Positions 50,955 through 60,260 are shown, counted from the first letter of the stretch. The stretch is DNA of 64,000 nt from Calditrichaceae bacterium (GCA_050173015.1 JBFXLE010000012.1:32001-96000), one strand, 5' to 3'. The notes: generated from the sequence alone by a model not told the origin. Translations and numbers: made by a program.

Positions 50955-52245
50955 CTCCTCCGTACTGCTTTGTCTCATGGCATCCCGAATAGCACATTTT
51001 TCCATCTTCGGTTTCCCCAATACGCGCCGGCATTTTCCATTTTCCAAATGACACTTTTCCGGCAATCAGATGCTCCTGATTTGATCCGTGCATATCGTGA
51101 CAAAGCACACAGTTGCGGCCTTTATCTCGCTTGACATGCAGATAATGGAGATTTTGTTTTCCATCGCTGAATCCAGACGCGTCCATTCCCGGGTCTTCAA
51201 TAAGTGAGGTTTCATGACAGTTGAAACAAACCGCGAAGGATTCTGAATCGCCCGGAGCGTATGCGCTATTGGGAAAGTCAGCGTTTAGCAGGCAGGTAAA
51301 TTCGGAAGAATGGGGAAGATGGCAGGATTCACATCCACCATCCATAGCCGGGGCATGGATAAATTCTTTTTCTTCCAAACGATTTTTGATTTTTCCCGCT
51401 CTTGAATACTCAACCGGCAGGGAGGTGTCATGACATGTAAGACAAAGCTCCTCTCTCTGCTGAGTCAGTAATCCATTCATCTCCGATGCGTGAGCTTTAT
51501 GACAGTCAAGACAGGCTCGTCCATCGTTTATCGCTTTATGCACTGAAATGTTATCGGATTGGTCTTCATGGCATTCATAGCACTGTCCGGGAACCGGCAT
51601 CTTCAGAAGTGACGTGTATTGAGATGTGTGAGTGTGATGACAATCCGAACATTCCCCCTCATAAGCGGGATGCACATTATTCAATGCCAGCTCATCTTTC
51701 TGCTCCTCATGACAGTCGAAACAAAGCTGCGGTGGCTCCTTTTTCAGAAAAGCTGCATAATCTGATTGATGCGGATTATGACACTCTGTGCATTGGTTGT
51801 TTTCCGCCGGCGGATGATTTACCGCCTTTGGATTATTATATAGATCATGGCATTTACCGCAAATCTCCCCCTGGTCGGCGGCGATCAGTAGTGCCGCGTT
51901 GTTGGAACTGTGGACATCATGACAGGCGGTGCATTCACCTGCGACAACCGGAGCATGAACATCATCTTTTTCATGTTTTGAATCATGACAATCATAACAG
52001 AGATAGGGCATTTCGTTTAACAGCGAAAATTCATTACCCTCTGAGCCGGGATGAATAAATCCGTTTGATTCATGACAGGAAGCGCAGTCATCTTCAACGG
52101 GCGGATGAATATGCGATCGGTCCAGATATGACCCGTGACATCCTCCCGCGGTGCAGTCTGATTCCAGTTCTGCCTCTTGAGCAAAAAGAGGAGACTGATG
52201 AAAGAATAGTATCACGGCGAAATAAAATATGATCCGAATGGTCAT
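50935..52245 (-). CDS. Exported multiheme cytochrome c (13 CxxCH plus one CX4CH and one CX3CH)
   Basis: Motifs counted in the translation; paired CxxCHxPH / LCxxCH pattern; signal peptide from ATG 52245 (AAGGA RBS). Confidence 0.93.
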   Translation of the reverse strand: MTIRIIFYFAVILFFHQSPLFAQEAELESDCTAGGCHGSYLDRSHIHPPVEDDCASCHESNGFIHPGSEGNEFSLLNEMPYLCYDCHDSKHEKDDVHAPVVAGECTACHDVHSSNNAALLIAADQGEICGKCHDLYNNPKAVNHPPAENNQCTECHNPHQSDYAAFLKKEPPQLCFDCHEEQKDELALNNVHPAYEGECSDCHHTHTSQYTSLLKMPVPGQCYECHEDQSDNISVHKAINDGRACLDCHKAHASEMNGLLTQQREELCLTCHDTSLPVEYSRAGKIKNRLEEKEFIHAPAMDGGCESCHLPHSSEFTCLLNADFPNSAYAPGDSESFAVCFNCHETSLIEDPGMDASGFSDGKQNLHYLHVKRDKGRNCVLCHDMHGSNQEHLIAGKVSFGKWKMPARIGETEDGKMCYSGCHETKQYGGEVGSKN

Positions 52246-52255
52246 GAGTTCATCC

Positions 52256-54223
52256 TTAGAATTTTCTTTCAACACGCATGAATCCGGCATTGTATGTTAT
52301 CTCTTCCCCGGAAAAATCGCGCCGGTAAGTTTCTAGTCCCACAGTCAAATACATCTGTCTGAATCGTGTTGTAAATTCACCCCGCAGCGTGGCAAGATTC
52401 AGATCAATGCCTCTTCCATCCTGAAAACGGTAGCTTGTTTCCAGACTGATTTGCGAGATACGGGAAAGACGATACAAAAACCGGCCGGTTAAATCCCTGA
52501 ATTTCTGGTCTTCCTCGTCTTCTGTCAATGTATAATTCCGGATATTTCCTGAGAGAGAAACATTTAGCCTGCTAAACAAATATCTGTTAAAAGTGATATA
52601 ATACCGGACTGAATGATAGGGAACGATATTGCTGTTGTAGTCGTCAATTTCTACCCCGCCGGAAATCGGTCCTTTTGTCAATCGTGTGCCAAATACTCTC
52701 TCGGAAACCGTTTTGAGTACGGCTAAATCAGATCCTTCCGGATTCTCAATATCCTGTTCATATGAACGAAAATATAACTCAGCAAGCTGATTAAAAACGG
52801 TTAATCTCGCTCCGAATGCATTACTGAGTATATCGTATTGGTATGAGGTCTGCCGTGTTACCGTGTAATCTACGAGAATTTTTGTCCCATCGGGGATTTG
52901 GCCACCAGGCAGTCGCTGAATTTCCAGGAAATCGCCTCGTGTAATCAGTACATAATCCAGATTCTCCTGATAAGGAATCAACCCTGTTTCATCGGTTACC
53001 ACAACACTTGCCGGATCCGCGTAAGGATTTTCCAGCAATATTGTTTGCCCGTCAAACAGAGTAACGGCCTCATTGATAATTCTTGACGGGCTTGGCAGGC
53101 TGTTCCGGTTTTCATTTCGCTTCCTGAGCTCGTAGTCGATGGAAAGGTTGCCGGTCGGGATTTTTTTTATATAGTTGAACCCGATTGTGCCCGTGTTGGT
53201 GTACTGATTAAATCCGCTCTGATTAAGATCGATATATTCATAATAGGCAAAACTTCTAAGGCTCCGGTATAACTGATGCTCAACTCTACCGGAAATATTA
53301 TGCTGGTCGGAGCTGAATTCCTTTTGATCAAAAGAAGCATATCGGTAATCACCAGAAAAATCCAGATTATACGGTAATACGAATCTGATATTCTCAGTGG
53401 CGGTTAACCGGTCAAACTCCTCGCTTCCGGTCTGCTTATAATACCAGATCAGAGAATTGAGATTATTATTGCGGTTCTTATCCAGGAAGAAATTATCCCG
53501 CAGATTGACGCTCGATATTTTATTGTGAATGGATGCGTTTTGCGCGTATTCACGTGAATAATCTTCATATGAATAAGCAAAACGATGGTCATCATAGCGG
53601 CTGAATGATTTGCTGAATTCGGATCTAAAATTATCACGAGTATTTACAAAATCACGCCCGGTTTGCAATTCCTTTTGTTCCCAGTTTTCATGAGAATAGC
53701 TAAATGTTACCGGGAGAATGTCGTTGCGATAGGCAGCTCCTCCGCCAATATCTGTTCTGTAGTTCTCGACATTGGTCAGGAATTCGCGGTTCACATAACT
53801 GTGGCTAAAATTCGTAAACAAGTTAAATGTAAAAGGGCGCTGTTTAAAAAATGATGTATGGAGATTTAATTTTTCACCTGTTTTTGTTTCAGTGCGGTTT
53901 GGAACAACCAAAAACTGATCCCGCCGGATGCCGGGATTGAAGTCAAAATCGGCATTTATCAACATAAAATTGGGGTGCCAGACATAACTTCTTGATCTTA
54001 ATAAAATCTCTCCGGAAAAAATCGTGGATTCAGGCTTATCAGATAAACCGGATGGATAAACTGTTTCCTGCGAACGGAATTCACTTTCCATAATGACGGA
54101 ACCGTTCAGCGATTGCAGGCGCCATGCCCCAATCGAATAAAGTTCACTGTCCTGTCCGGAAGAAGGAGACAGCAACATCAAAAGAAGAGCAGGGATTAAA
54201 CCAATTATTTTCCGTAACGTCAT
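52256..54223 (-). CDS. Large outer-membrane beta-barrel (porin of a porin-cytochrome conduit)
   Basis: Signal peptide, alternating aromatic beta-strands, C-terminal Phe (VERKF), lies between multiheme genes. Confidence 0.78.
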   Translation of the reverse strand: MTLRKIIGLIPALLLMLLSPSSGQDSELYSIGAWRLQSLNGSVIMESEFRSQETVYPSGLSDKPESTIFSGEILLRSRSYVWHPNFMLINADFDFNPGIRRDQFLVVPNRTETKTGEKLNLHTSFFKQRPFTFNLFTNFSHSYVNREFLTNVENYRTDIGGGAAYRNDILPVTFSYSHENWEQKELQTGRDFVNTRDNFRSEFSKSFSRYDDHRFAYSYEDYSREYAQNASIHNKISSVNLRDNFFLDKNRNNNLNSLIWYYKQTGSEEFDRLTATENIRFVLPYNLDFSGDYRYASFDQKEFSSDQHNISGRVEHQLYRSLRSFAYYEYIDLNQSGFNQYTNTGTIGFNYIKKIPTGNLSIDYELRKRNENRNSLPSPSRIINEAVTLFDGQTILLENPYADPASVVVTDETGLIPYQENLDYVLITRGDFLEIQRLPGGQIPDGTKILVDYTVTRQTSYQYDILSNAFGARLTVFNQLAELYFRSYEQDIENPEGSDLAVLKTVSERVFGTRLTKGPISGGVEIDDYNSNIVPYHSVRYYITFNRYLFSRLNVSLSGNIRNYTLTEDEEDQKFRDLTGRFLYRLSRISQISLETSYRFQDGRGIDLNLATLRGEFTTRFRQMYLTVGLETYRRDFSGEEITYNAGFMRVERKF

Positions 54224-54260
54224 TTTTTTACCTTAAAAATGATAAAACCAATCGGTGGAA

Positions 54261-54869
54261 TTACCTGAATAAATAAGCATCTTCACCGCCGTGCGGATTA
54301 TGACAATCCAGACAGCTAACTTCGTTTATATCCTGGTGAGCTTCATTTTTAAAAACGTCCCCGCTCTGATGACAGAAAAGACATAACTCCTGTCCGTTCC
54401 GAATCAAAAGATGTTCATTTTTTGACAGGTGTGGATTATGACATTCCGTACAAAATCCGGCCCCCACCGGTCCATGCAGCGCCTCGTAATTATCGTTAAA
54501 GTCATCATGACACTGATAGCAAAGGCCCGGTTGCTCATCGAGCAGGGCATTTCCCTTTTCAGGGACATGGCAGGCATCACATGATTTTTCGGCATAAACA
54601 GGGTGCACGGTCATTTTCGGGCGAACGGGATTTGCAGAAGCAGGTGTACCTGCAACAGGGACAGATGCCAGGACCGTATCAACTGTCGCCGATTGTTCCG
54701 CTTCGGGGCCCGGCACTCCGTCAAAAAAGGTAGTAAGAACTTTATGACGGCTTTCCGGATGACAGGCAGCCAAAAGCGCGATGACCGTCAATATAAAGAG
54801 GTGTGTAATATGAGTTCGCAAGGCTATTCTCTGAAATTTGGTTTTTGAACAATTTTTCAGATAACACAT
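54261..54869 (-). CDS. Pentaheme cytochrome c lipoprotein
   Basis: Lipobox LAAC; CDACH, CYQCH, CTECH, CLFCH, CLDCH; start uncertain. Confidence 0.9.
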   Translation of the reverse strand: MCYLKNCSKTKFQRIALRTHITHLFILTVIALLAACHPESRHKVLTTFFDGVPGPEAEQSATVDTVLASVPVAGTPASANPVRPKMTVHPVYAEKSCDACHVPEKGNALLDEQPGLCYQCHDDFNDNYEALHGPVGAGFCTECHNPHLSKNEHLLIRNGQELCLFCHQSGDVFKNEAHQDINEVSCLDCHNPHGGEDAYLFR

Positions 54870-54895
54870 TGTTCGCGTTTATATGCCGTTAAATA

Positions 54896-55969
54896 TCATT
54901 CCTTTACATCAACAAATCCATAGACGTTGATCTTATCAGGTCCATACTGATTGGTTACAAAAATCAGATATTGCAATTCGAAACCGGGATGAACATATTT
55001 CCGGAAATACTCAAGATTGTCATAATCTATAATCACTTTGGCGGGCAGCCACATATCACCGGGTCCTTTATAGCTTCCTCCGAAAAACATCAGTAATTGA
55101 TCTTCTTCATTAAATAGCTGGACATTTTCAAAGCCCGCGTCCACCACGTATAAATTGGATTGTTTATCTACCGATATTCCCTTAGGGCGTACAAATTGCC
55201 CGGCATTTTTTCCGTAGCTGCCTATGGATCGAATGAATTCGCCTTCGGTCGTATAAACTTTTACGCGGAAATCACCAAAATCACTCACATAAACCTGATC
55301 ATTTTTTACGAATAGATTTGTCGGGGAGTACAGGTTGCTTTCCCCGGTATTCTCATCATTGGGGATCGATCGAATCAGTTTATGGTCTTCTTTTGAAAAC
55401 GCCAGAATCTTATGGCCTTTGATATCGCTGACCCAGATTAAATTATTAGTGACAAAAACATCAGTCGGCCTCAGGATGTCCTCGCTGCCAAAACTGTTCA
55501 CAAACTTCCCGCTTTCATCAAATATAACGATATCGCCTCTTTCAGAATCAGCCACATAAACGCGTCCGTCAACATCCACAAAAGAGTTGATCGGTTTCTT
55601 TAACTGGCCCTTTCCGGCCGGTTTCAAATATTCAAAAGAACGGGTATTCAGATCGATAATTTCGAGTCCGCCAAACATGGTGTCGCAGACATATATTCTG
55701 CCGCGGTATATAGACAGTCCATACGGTTTGACGATGGACCGGTTTTCTTCTTCGCCCAGCACATAGCGGGCAAACGCGGAACGACGTCCGGTGATATCGC
55801 TTGAACTGCTGATACGGGTTAAAAACTGGATTCTCGTAGTAGCCGGAGGCGCGGGATAGATGATGACGTTATCGTCGTTCACAGGCCTGTTGAAGGTCCT
55901 GTTGCAAGAAAGCGCCATCATCACTATAAAAAAAGACAGAACAATTAACTGAATTAAATTCTTCATCAA
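54896..55969 (-). CDS. NHL-repeat six-bladed beta-propeller lipoprotein
   Basis: Lipobox ALSC; repeated KPYG / RPTD / RPKGISVD..YVVD motifs. Confidence 0.88.
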   Translation of the reverse strand: MMKNLIQLIVLSFFIVMMALSCNRTFNRPVNDDNVIIYPAPPATTRIQFLTRISSSSDITGRRSAFARYVLGEEENRSIVKPYGLSIYRGRIYVCDTMFGGLEIIDLNTRSFEYLKPAGKGQLKKPINSFVDVDGRVYVADSERGDIVIFDESGKFVNSFGSEDILRPTDVFVTNNLIWVSDIKGHKILAFSKEDHKLIRSIPNDENTGESNLYSPTNLFVKNDQVYVSDFGDFRVKVYTTEGEFIRSIGSYGKNAGQFVRPKGISVDKQSNLYVVDAGFENVQLFNEEDQLLMFFGGSYKGPGDMWLPAKVIIDYDNLEYFRKYVHPGFELQYLIFVTNQYGPDKINVYGFVDVKE

Positions 55970-56054
55970 ATTTTATCCGTATTCAATAAATTAGACTCAA
56001 AACCGGTAATAATTACAATTCAAATAAACCGCGGCGAATAATGTCTTCAACCGT

Positions 56055-56678
56055 TTATTTATTATGACAGGTCAGACACAAGGCGCTCGACGAATTGGAT
56101 ATGATGAGCAACTTGCTGAATCCCTGGCTGTTATGTACATCATGACAGGAGGCGCACTGCACTTTACCGCCGATTAACATGTCATTGCTAATGGTGCCGC
56201 CCATGCCTGAATTCGCGGTGGTCGGATCGTATAATCCGCCGTCTGAGTTTGCCAGCGCCGCGTCATAAGTAAAAGAAACCGGGTGATCATCACTAAGATC
56301 TGTTCCCACAAGGCTGTTTCCGGTAATAAAATGGCTTCCGCCTGTTTGGCCGCCGTAATTGTCAACGGCTATGGTGCCGTCATGACAGCTCATACAGAGT
56401 TTTGATGAAGCATCCGGTTGGCCCACAGTGGCGTTCATGGACGCGCTGCTGTAAGGAGTAAATGTGGCGGAGGTCATCTCATGATTCCATAACGGGGCAT
56501 CGCTGACGGATACATCGGCATTGTGAGTAGTATGGCAGACGATGCAAATCTGGTCGCTGGTATTCCAGGCCGCGGATGAAAAATCGTGGGCGGATCCGAC
56601 AATGGACTGCGCCAACGCGGTGCCGCTGAGCACCAGGGTAAAAGTTACAGCAAAGCAAAAACCTAATAATCGTTTCAT
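56055..56678 (-). CDS. Secreted tetraheme cytochrome c, OmcE-like
   Basis: Signal peptide; CIVCH, CMSCH, CASCH, CLTCH with HDFS, PLWN, CHDG and GTDLSDDHPV motifs recalled from Geobacter OmcE. Confidence 0.85.
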   Translation of the reverse strand: MKRLLGFCFAVTFTLVLSGTALAQSIVGSAHDFSSAAWNTSDQICIVCHTTHNADVSVSDAPLWNHEMTSATFTPYSSASMNATVGQPDASSKLCMSCHDGTIAVDNYGGQTGGSHFITGNSLVGTDLSDDHPVSFTYDAALANSDGGLYDPTTANSGMGGTISNDMLIGGKVQCASCHDVHNSQGFSKLLIISNSSSALCLTCHNK

Positions 56679-56728
56679 GACTGTTCCTTTCAATTGTTTT
56701 ATTGCCCTAAAATGTGAAAATCTTCCTG

Positions 56729-58417
56729 CTAATAAGTTTTTGGATCATGATCTTCTCCGTGACATACTAAATAACATGACCCTCTGGAGGATCCCTGATC
56801 AATAAACTCCAGTCTTGTACCGGAGGGGAATACAACGGAAACATCAAAATTAATAAGATGTGTGTTATTGGTCGCATTTCCCTGTAAACTGCTTATTCCA
56901 TGCGGATCGTGACATACGTTGCAGGGGGTATCTTCAGCAACGATATGCCTCCAGTGTACTTTTCTCGCAAAACTGCCGCTGCTGTTGATGATTGTATTTC
57001 GGTTGTGGCATTCATAGCATAAGCGGTAATTGTCATAAGATTCGGTTGTATAATCCGCGGTAACATACTGATATTTTAATATCTGCGGGTATATGGATCC
57101 GTGAGGTCCCGCCGGCGCGCCCGTTCCGTCGCTGGCATGACAATGGGTGCAGTAAATTATGCTTGATGCTGTGTAAGGTGATATCATCGACAAGACATTT
57201 GGATTTTTGCCGACTGCCTCAATCGGGTGGTATGAAGGGTTAGCCGGATCATATTCAAGACGCGTGTTGGATTGTTCAATCAATCTGATAGTCGGGCTGC
57301 CGGGTTTATCGGGACTGTCGGCATGGCATTTATAACACAACTCATACTGGTATTGTACCGTTTCGACCGCTGTTCCGTTTGTATTCAATCCGCTTGTGCC
57401 GGCAATGAATCCATTGGCGTTTGGCGCGGTGGCTGCTGAGAGTTTGCTGGAGTGTGGATTATGACAATCTTCGCACTCAACATGTCTGTTCTGGACAGGA
57501 ATATTTTCTTCCGGATCATGGACACCGGCATAATTGTAAACATCATGAATATACGGTTTGGTTGTGATAATTGTCTGAATGTTTTTAGCGGCGACATTTC
57601 CGTTATGGCAGTCCAGACAGTTATTCTCTTCCGTGAGTGAATTCAGCAGACGATCATGACTCTCTGAGTTATGAGGATTATGACAGTTTTCACAGCCGTT
57701 TTCCGCCACATTCGCGTAGGGGGTGTGAAACCAGGGATCATTTCCGGAGCCGTTCCACGTCGCGATTGAATTTTTATGCGATGAATTGACCCAGTCATTT
57801 TTCTGATGGCAATAGAGACAAAGATCAGAGTTTTGGTTGGTGGCGACCAGAAACTGTCCGTATAAATCGACATGCGGATCATGGCAGGAAGTGCATTGAA
57901 CACGCTCGTTTGCAAGTTTAACCGGCCCGGTAAGAACGGCTGGATCGCTTAGTTCACCATCAGCCGCCGATAAAGCGGAATTATATAAAAAGGACACCGG
58001 GTGATCATCCGATAAATCGGTGGATAAATTTTTATTACCGGATGGCATCATCGTAATTCCGCCACTGAATTCTATGGGTGCCGGTTTGCTTAAAACATTA
58101 CCGAGAGCGATGGTGCCGTCATGACAGGAAAGGCATAATAGTGAAGCGCCGTCCGGCTGCCCTGGGGAGGCCTGTGTGGTAGAACTGCCGTAAATTGTGT
58201 AGGTTAATCCCGGATCTTCACGATTCCATAATGGTTTTCTCGGGCTGCTCTTATGCGGAGTGTGACAAAAAACGCAGATTTCAGATTCGCTGCTGGCCTT
58301 AACTGTTCCCGGGCCGGTGACGGATAAATTATGAACTGAATTCACAATTGATTGTGAAAGCGCGATAGATGGAATCATTAATAAAAAGGTCCAGGTTTTC
58401 AGTAGCTTATTTTTCAT
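56729..58417 (-). CDS. Secreted multiheme cytochrome c (11 CxxCH plus one CX3CH) with N-terminal OmcE-like module
   Basis: Motifs counted; first about 200 aa are colinear with the adjacent tetraheme (ICVFCHTPH, PLWNR, CLSCHDGTIA, TDLSDDHPVSF). Confidence 0.9.
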   Translation of the reverse strand: MKNKLLKTWTFLLMIPSIALSQSIVNSVHNLSVTGPGTVKASSESEICVFCHTPHKSSPRKPLWNREDPGLTYTIYGSSTTQASPGQPDGASLLCLSCHDGTIALGNVLSKPAPIEFSGGITMMPSGNKNLSTDLSDDHPVSFLYNSALSAADGELSDPAVLTGPVKLANERVQCTSCHDPHVDLYGQFLVATNQNSDLCLYCHQKNDWVNSSHKNSIATWNGSGNDPWFHTPYANVAENGCENCHNPHNSESHDRLLNSLTEENNCLDCHNGNVAAKNIQTIITTKPYIHDVYNYAGVHDPEENIPVQNRHVECEDCHNPHSSKLSAATAPNANGFIAGTSGLNTNGTAVETVQYQYELCYKCHADSPDKPGSPTIRLIEQSNTRLEYDPANPSYHPIEAVGKNPNVLSMISPYTASSIIYCTHCHASDGTGAPAGPHGSIYPQILKYQYVTADYTTESYDNYRLCYECHNRNTIINSSGSFARKVHWRHIVAEDTPCNVCHDPHGISSLQGNATNNTHLINFDVSVVFPSGTRLEFIDQGSSRGSCYLVCHGEDHDPKTY

Positions 58418-59423
58418 CGGCATCCTTGTATATCAGTTCAAACATCTGTATGCGCGCGTTATAGCTGTCGGCTATGTAGATACGATCCTGGTGATCGATA
58501 TATATTCCCGACGGAAGCCAGAATTCACCCCGGCCCCGGCCCTGTTTACCAAAATAATGAAGAAAGTTTCCTTCTTTATCAAAAATCTGGACGGTATGGA
58601 AAAGCCCGTCCACCACGTAAATTTGTCCATGTGAGTCAGCAGCGATTCCTTTCGGGGCTGAAAAATAGCCGCTGGCGTCGCCGGCTTCACCAAAAATATT
58701 CACAAGTTCACCTGATTTATTAAAGACCTGAATCCGAAAATTCATTGAGTCAACCACATAGACATTACCCTTATCATCGATGGTGAGATAAGTGGGAAAA
58801 TTAAATTCAGCGGGCCCGGTTCCGCGTTGTCCAATTATTCTCAGTAGTTTGCCGGACTTATCCAATACAAGGATACGGTGTTTCCCGGTTTCCGTTACCC
58901 ATATTTCATTTGAAACATTTGAAAAACCGATTCCCGTCGGTCTGTCAATTTCTAATGAGGGATTTAATAGACCGGTTTTTCCCATTGTAACATTTTGGAC
59001 ATATATTTGATTGGTTTTTGAATCTGTAAGAAGCAGTGAATTTGAATCAAACCCGGACATACCGATAAGTGACGGAAAGCCGGTTTGTTTTTCCTGATAA
59101 AAGTTTTTGACCTGACCGGAATTTTGATCAATAAATGTCAGGGATTTAGCGCCCTGATCGAGTACCCAGATGGAATCAGGATCATCCGCGAAAACTGCCA
59201 CCGGTCTTATTAACGAGTGGAAATCTTTTCCGAAAATAAAATTAAACATTAACTTCGTAAAACCGGGCTTACTTTTCAAATCATCAGAAGATGCAAACTG
59301 TCCGGTCCATTTAACAGCGTGGGAATCGCTTCCGGAAACTACAGACTGATTTTCAACTGCCAGGCTCAGCATTGGAAATATGATCAGAATGGTGAATGAT
59401 ACTAACAGGAAATTCCGTTTCAT
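58407..59423 (-). CDS. NHL-repeat beta-propeller protein (exported)
   Basis: FNFPTYL..D..GNVYVVDS.NFRIQVF type repeats; signal peptide. Confidence 0.9.
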   Translation of the reverse strand: MKRNFLLVSFTILIIFPMLSLAVENQSVVSGSDSHAVKWTGQFASSDDLKSKPGFTKLMFNFIFGKDFHSLIRPVAVFADDPDSIWVLDQGAKSLTFIDQNSGQVKNFYQEKQTGFPSLIGMSGFDSNSLLLTDSKTNQIYVQNVTMGKTGLLNPSLEIDRPTGIGFSNVSNEIWVTETGKHRILVLDKSGKLLRIIGQRGTGPAEFNFPTYLTIDDKGNVYVVDSMNFRIQVFNKSGELVNIFGEAGDASGYFSAPKGIAADSHGQIYVVDGLFHTVQIFDKEGNFLHYFGKQGRGRGEFWLPSGIYIDHQDRIYIADSYNARIQMFELIYKDADEK

Positions 59424-59834
59424 CAGGACAAAATCCTTTTAAGTACGTTCATGGGTGCCATGTGAAAAAATATACTTATTTAGACCGATTATCAATTTAA
59501 TCGTAAAAAAGTTAATTCCTAATGTAAGATAATGGTTAAATTCAGCCCTTGTATGTGCTCTAAATCAATTTCAGATTGTATATAAAAGTATGACACTTAT
59601 TCAGTGACATGGAAGATATAAAAAAAAATGGCGGTTGAAAATGATTTTTTAAAAAACCTATGCAGGACAGTAATGTCAATGAAGTAATTATAACCCGCGC
59701 GGAGAATTGACCGGACAAAAACAATATTCACAAAAAAATTATTTGTTTCGGAAACTATCCTGTCAATTCCCCGGCGTCAGGTTAATGAGATGATTTGGCG
59801 GATATGTCTGATCCGGCATGCCCGGGGAATGAAA

Positions 59835-60260
59835 TTATTTCATCACCGCTTTTTTAAGCGCGCTGAGATTCTCACGTTCCCGGGCCGCTCTTCCCGCAAA
59901 GCTTTCGAGCGCCGTGACTTTCCATTTTAACACGCCCCACGCAGGGATACCGCGTATTATTTTATCCACTTCGCTGTTGGAGGACGCTTCCACGATAAAG
60001 ATTAATGCCCGGTCCCCGACCGCAAGGCCGCCGGCGATGATCTTCTTTTCGGCCTCAAGCGTCATTAATGCGTTAAAAGTCGGCAGTATCCCTTTTTCCA
60101 GGACTTGTATACCCTCTTCCGGAGATGTGTAACCGGGGCCATCGGATCCGACCACCAGGTAAAAATTACTACCGGAACCCGGCATTTTAGGCTGAGCCAA
60201 TGCGGACACGCTGAATCCAAATACAGCGATTGTAAATATCACCATGATTTGCTTCTTCAT
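59835..60260 (-). CDS. Exported protein, muconolactone-isomerase/dimeric alpha-beta barrel-like
   Basis: Signal peptide; IFIVEASSNSEVDKII..IPAW...WKVTAL pattern. Confidence 0.55.
   Translation of the reverse strand: MKKQIMVIFTIAVFGFSVSALAQPKMPGSGSNFYLVVGSDGPGYTSPEEGIQVLEKGILPTFNALMTLEAEKKIIAGGLAVGDRALIFIVEASSNSEVDKIIRGIPAWGVLKWKVTALESFAGRAARERENLSALKKAVMK

Noticed and set aside
59455-59460. TGGCAC (minus strand) upstream of the cytochrome operon as a sigma54 -24 element
   Set aside because: No TTGC at the -12 position
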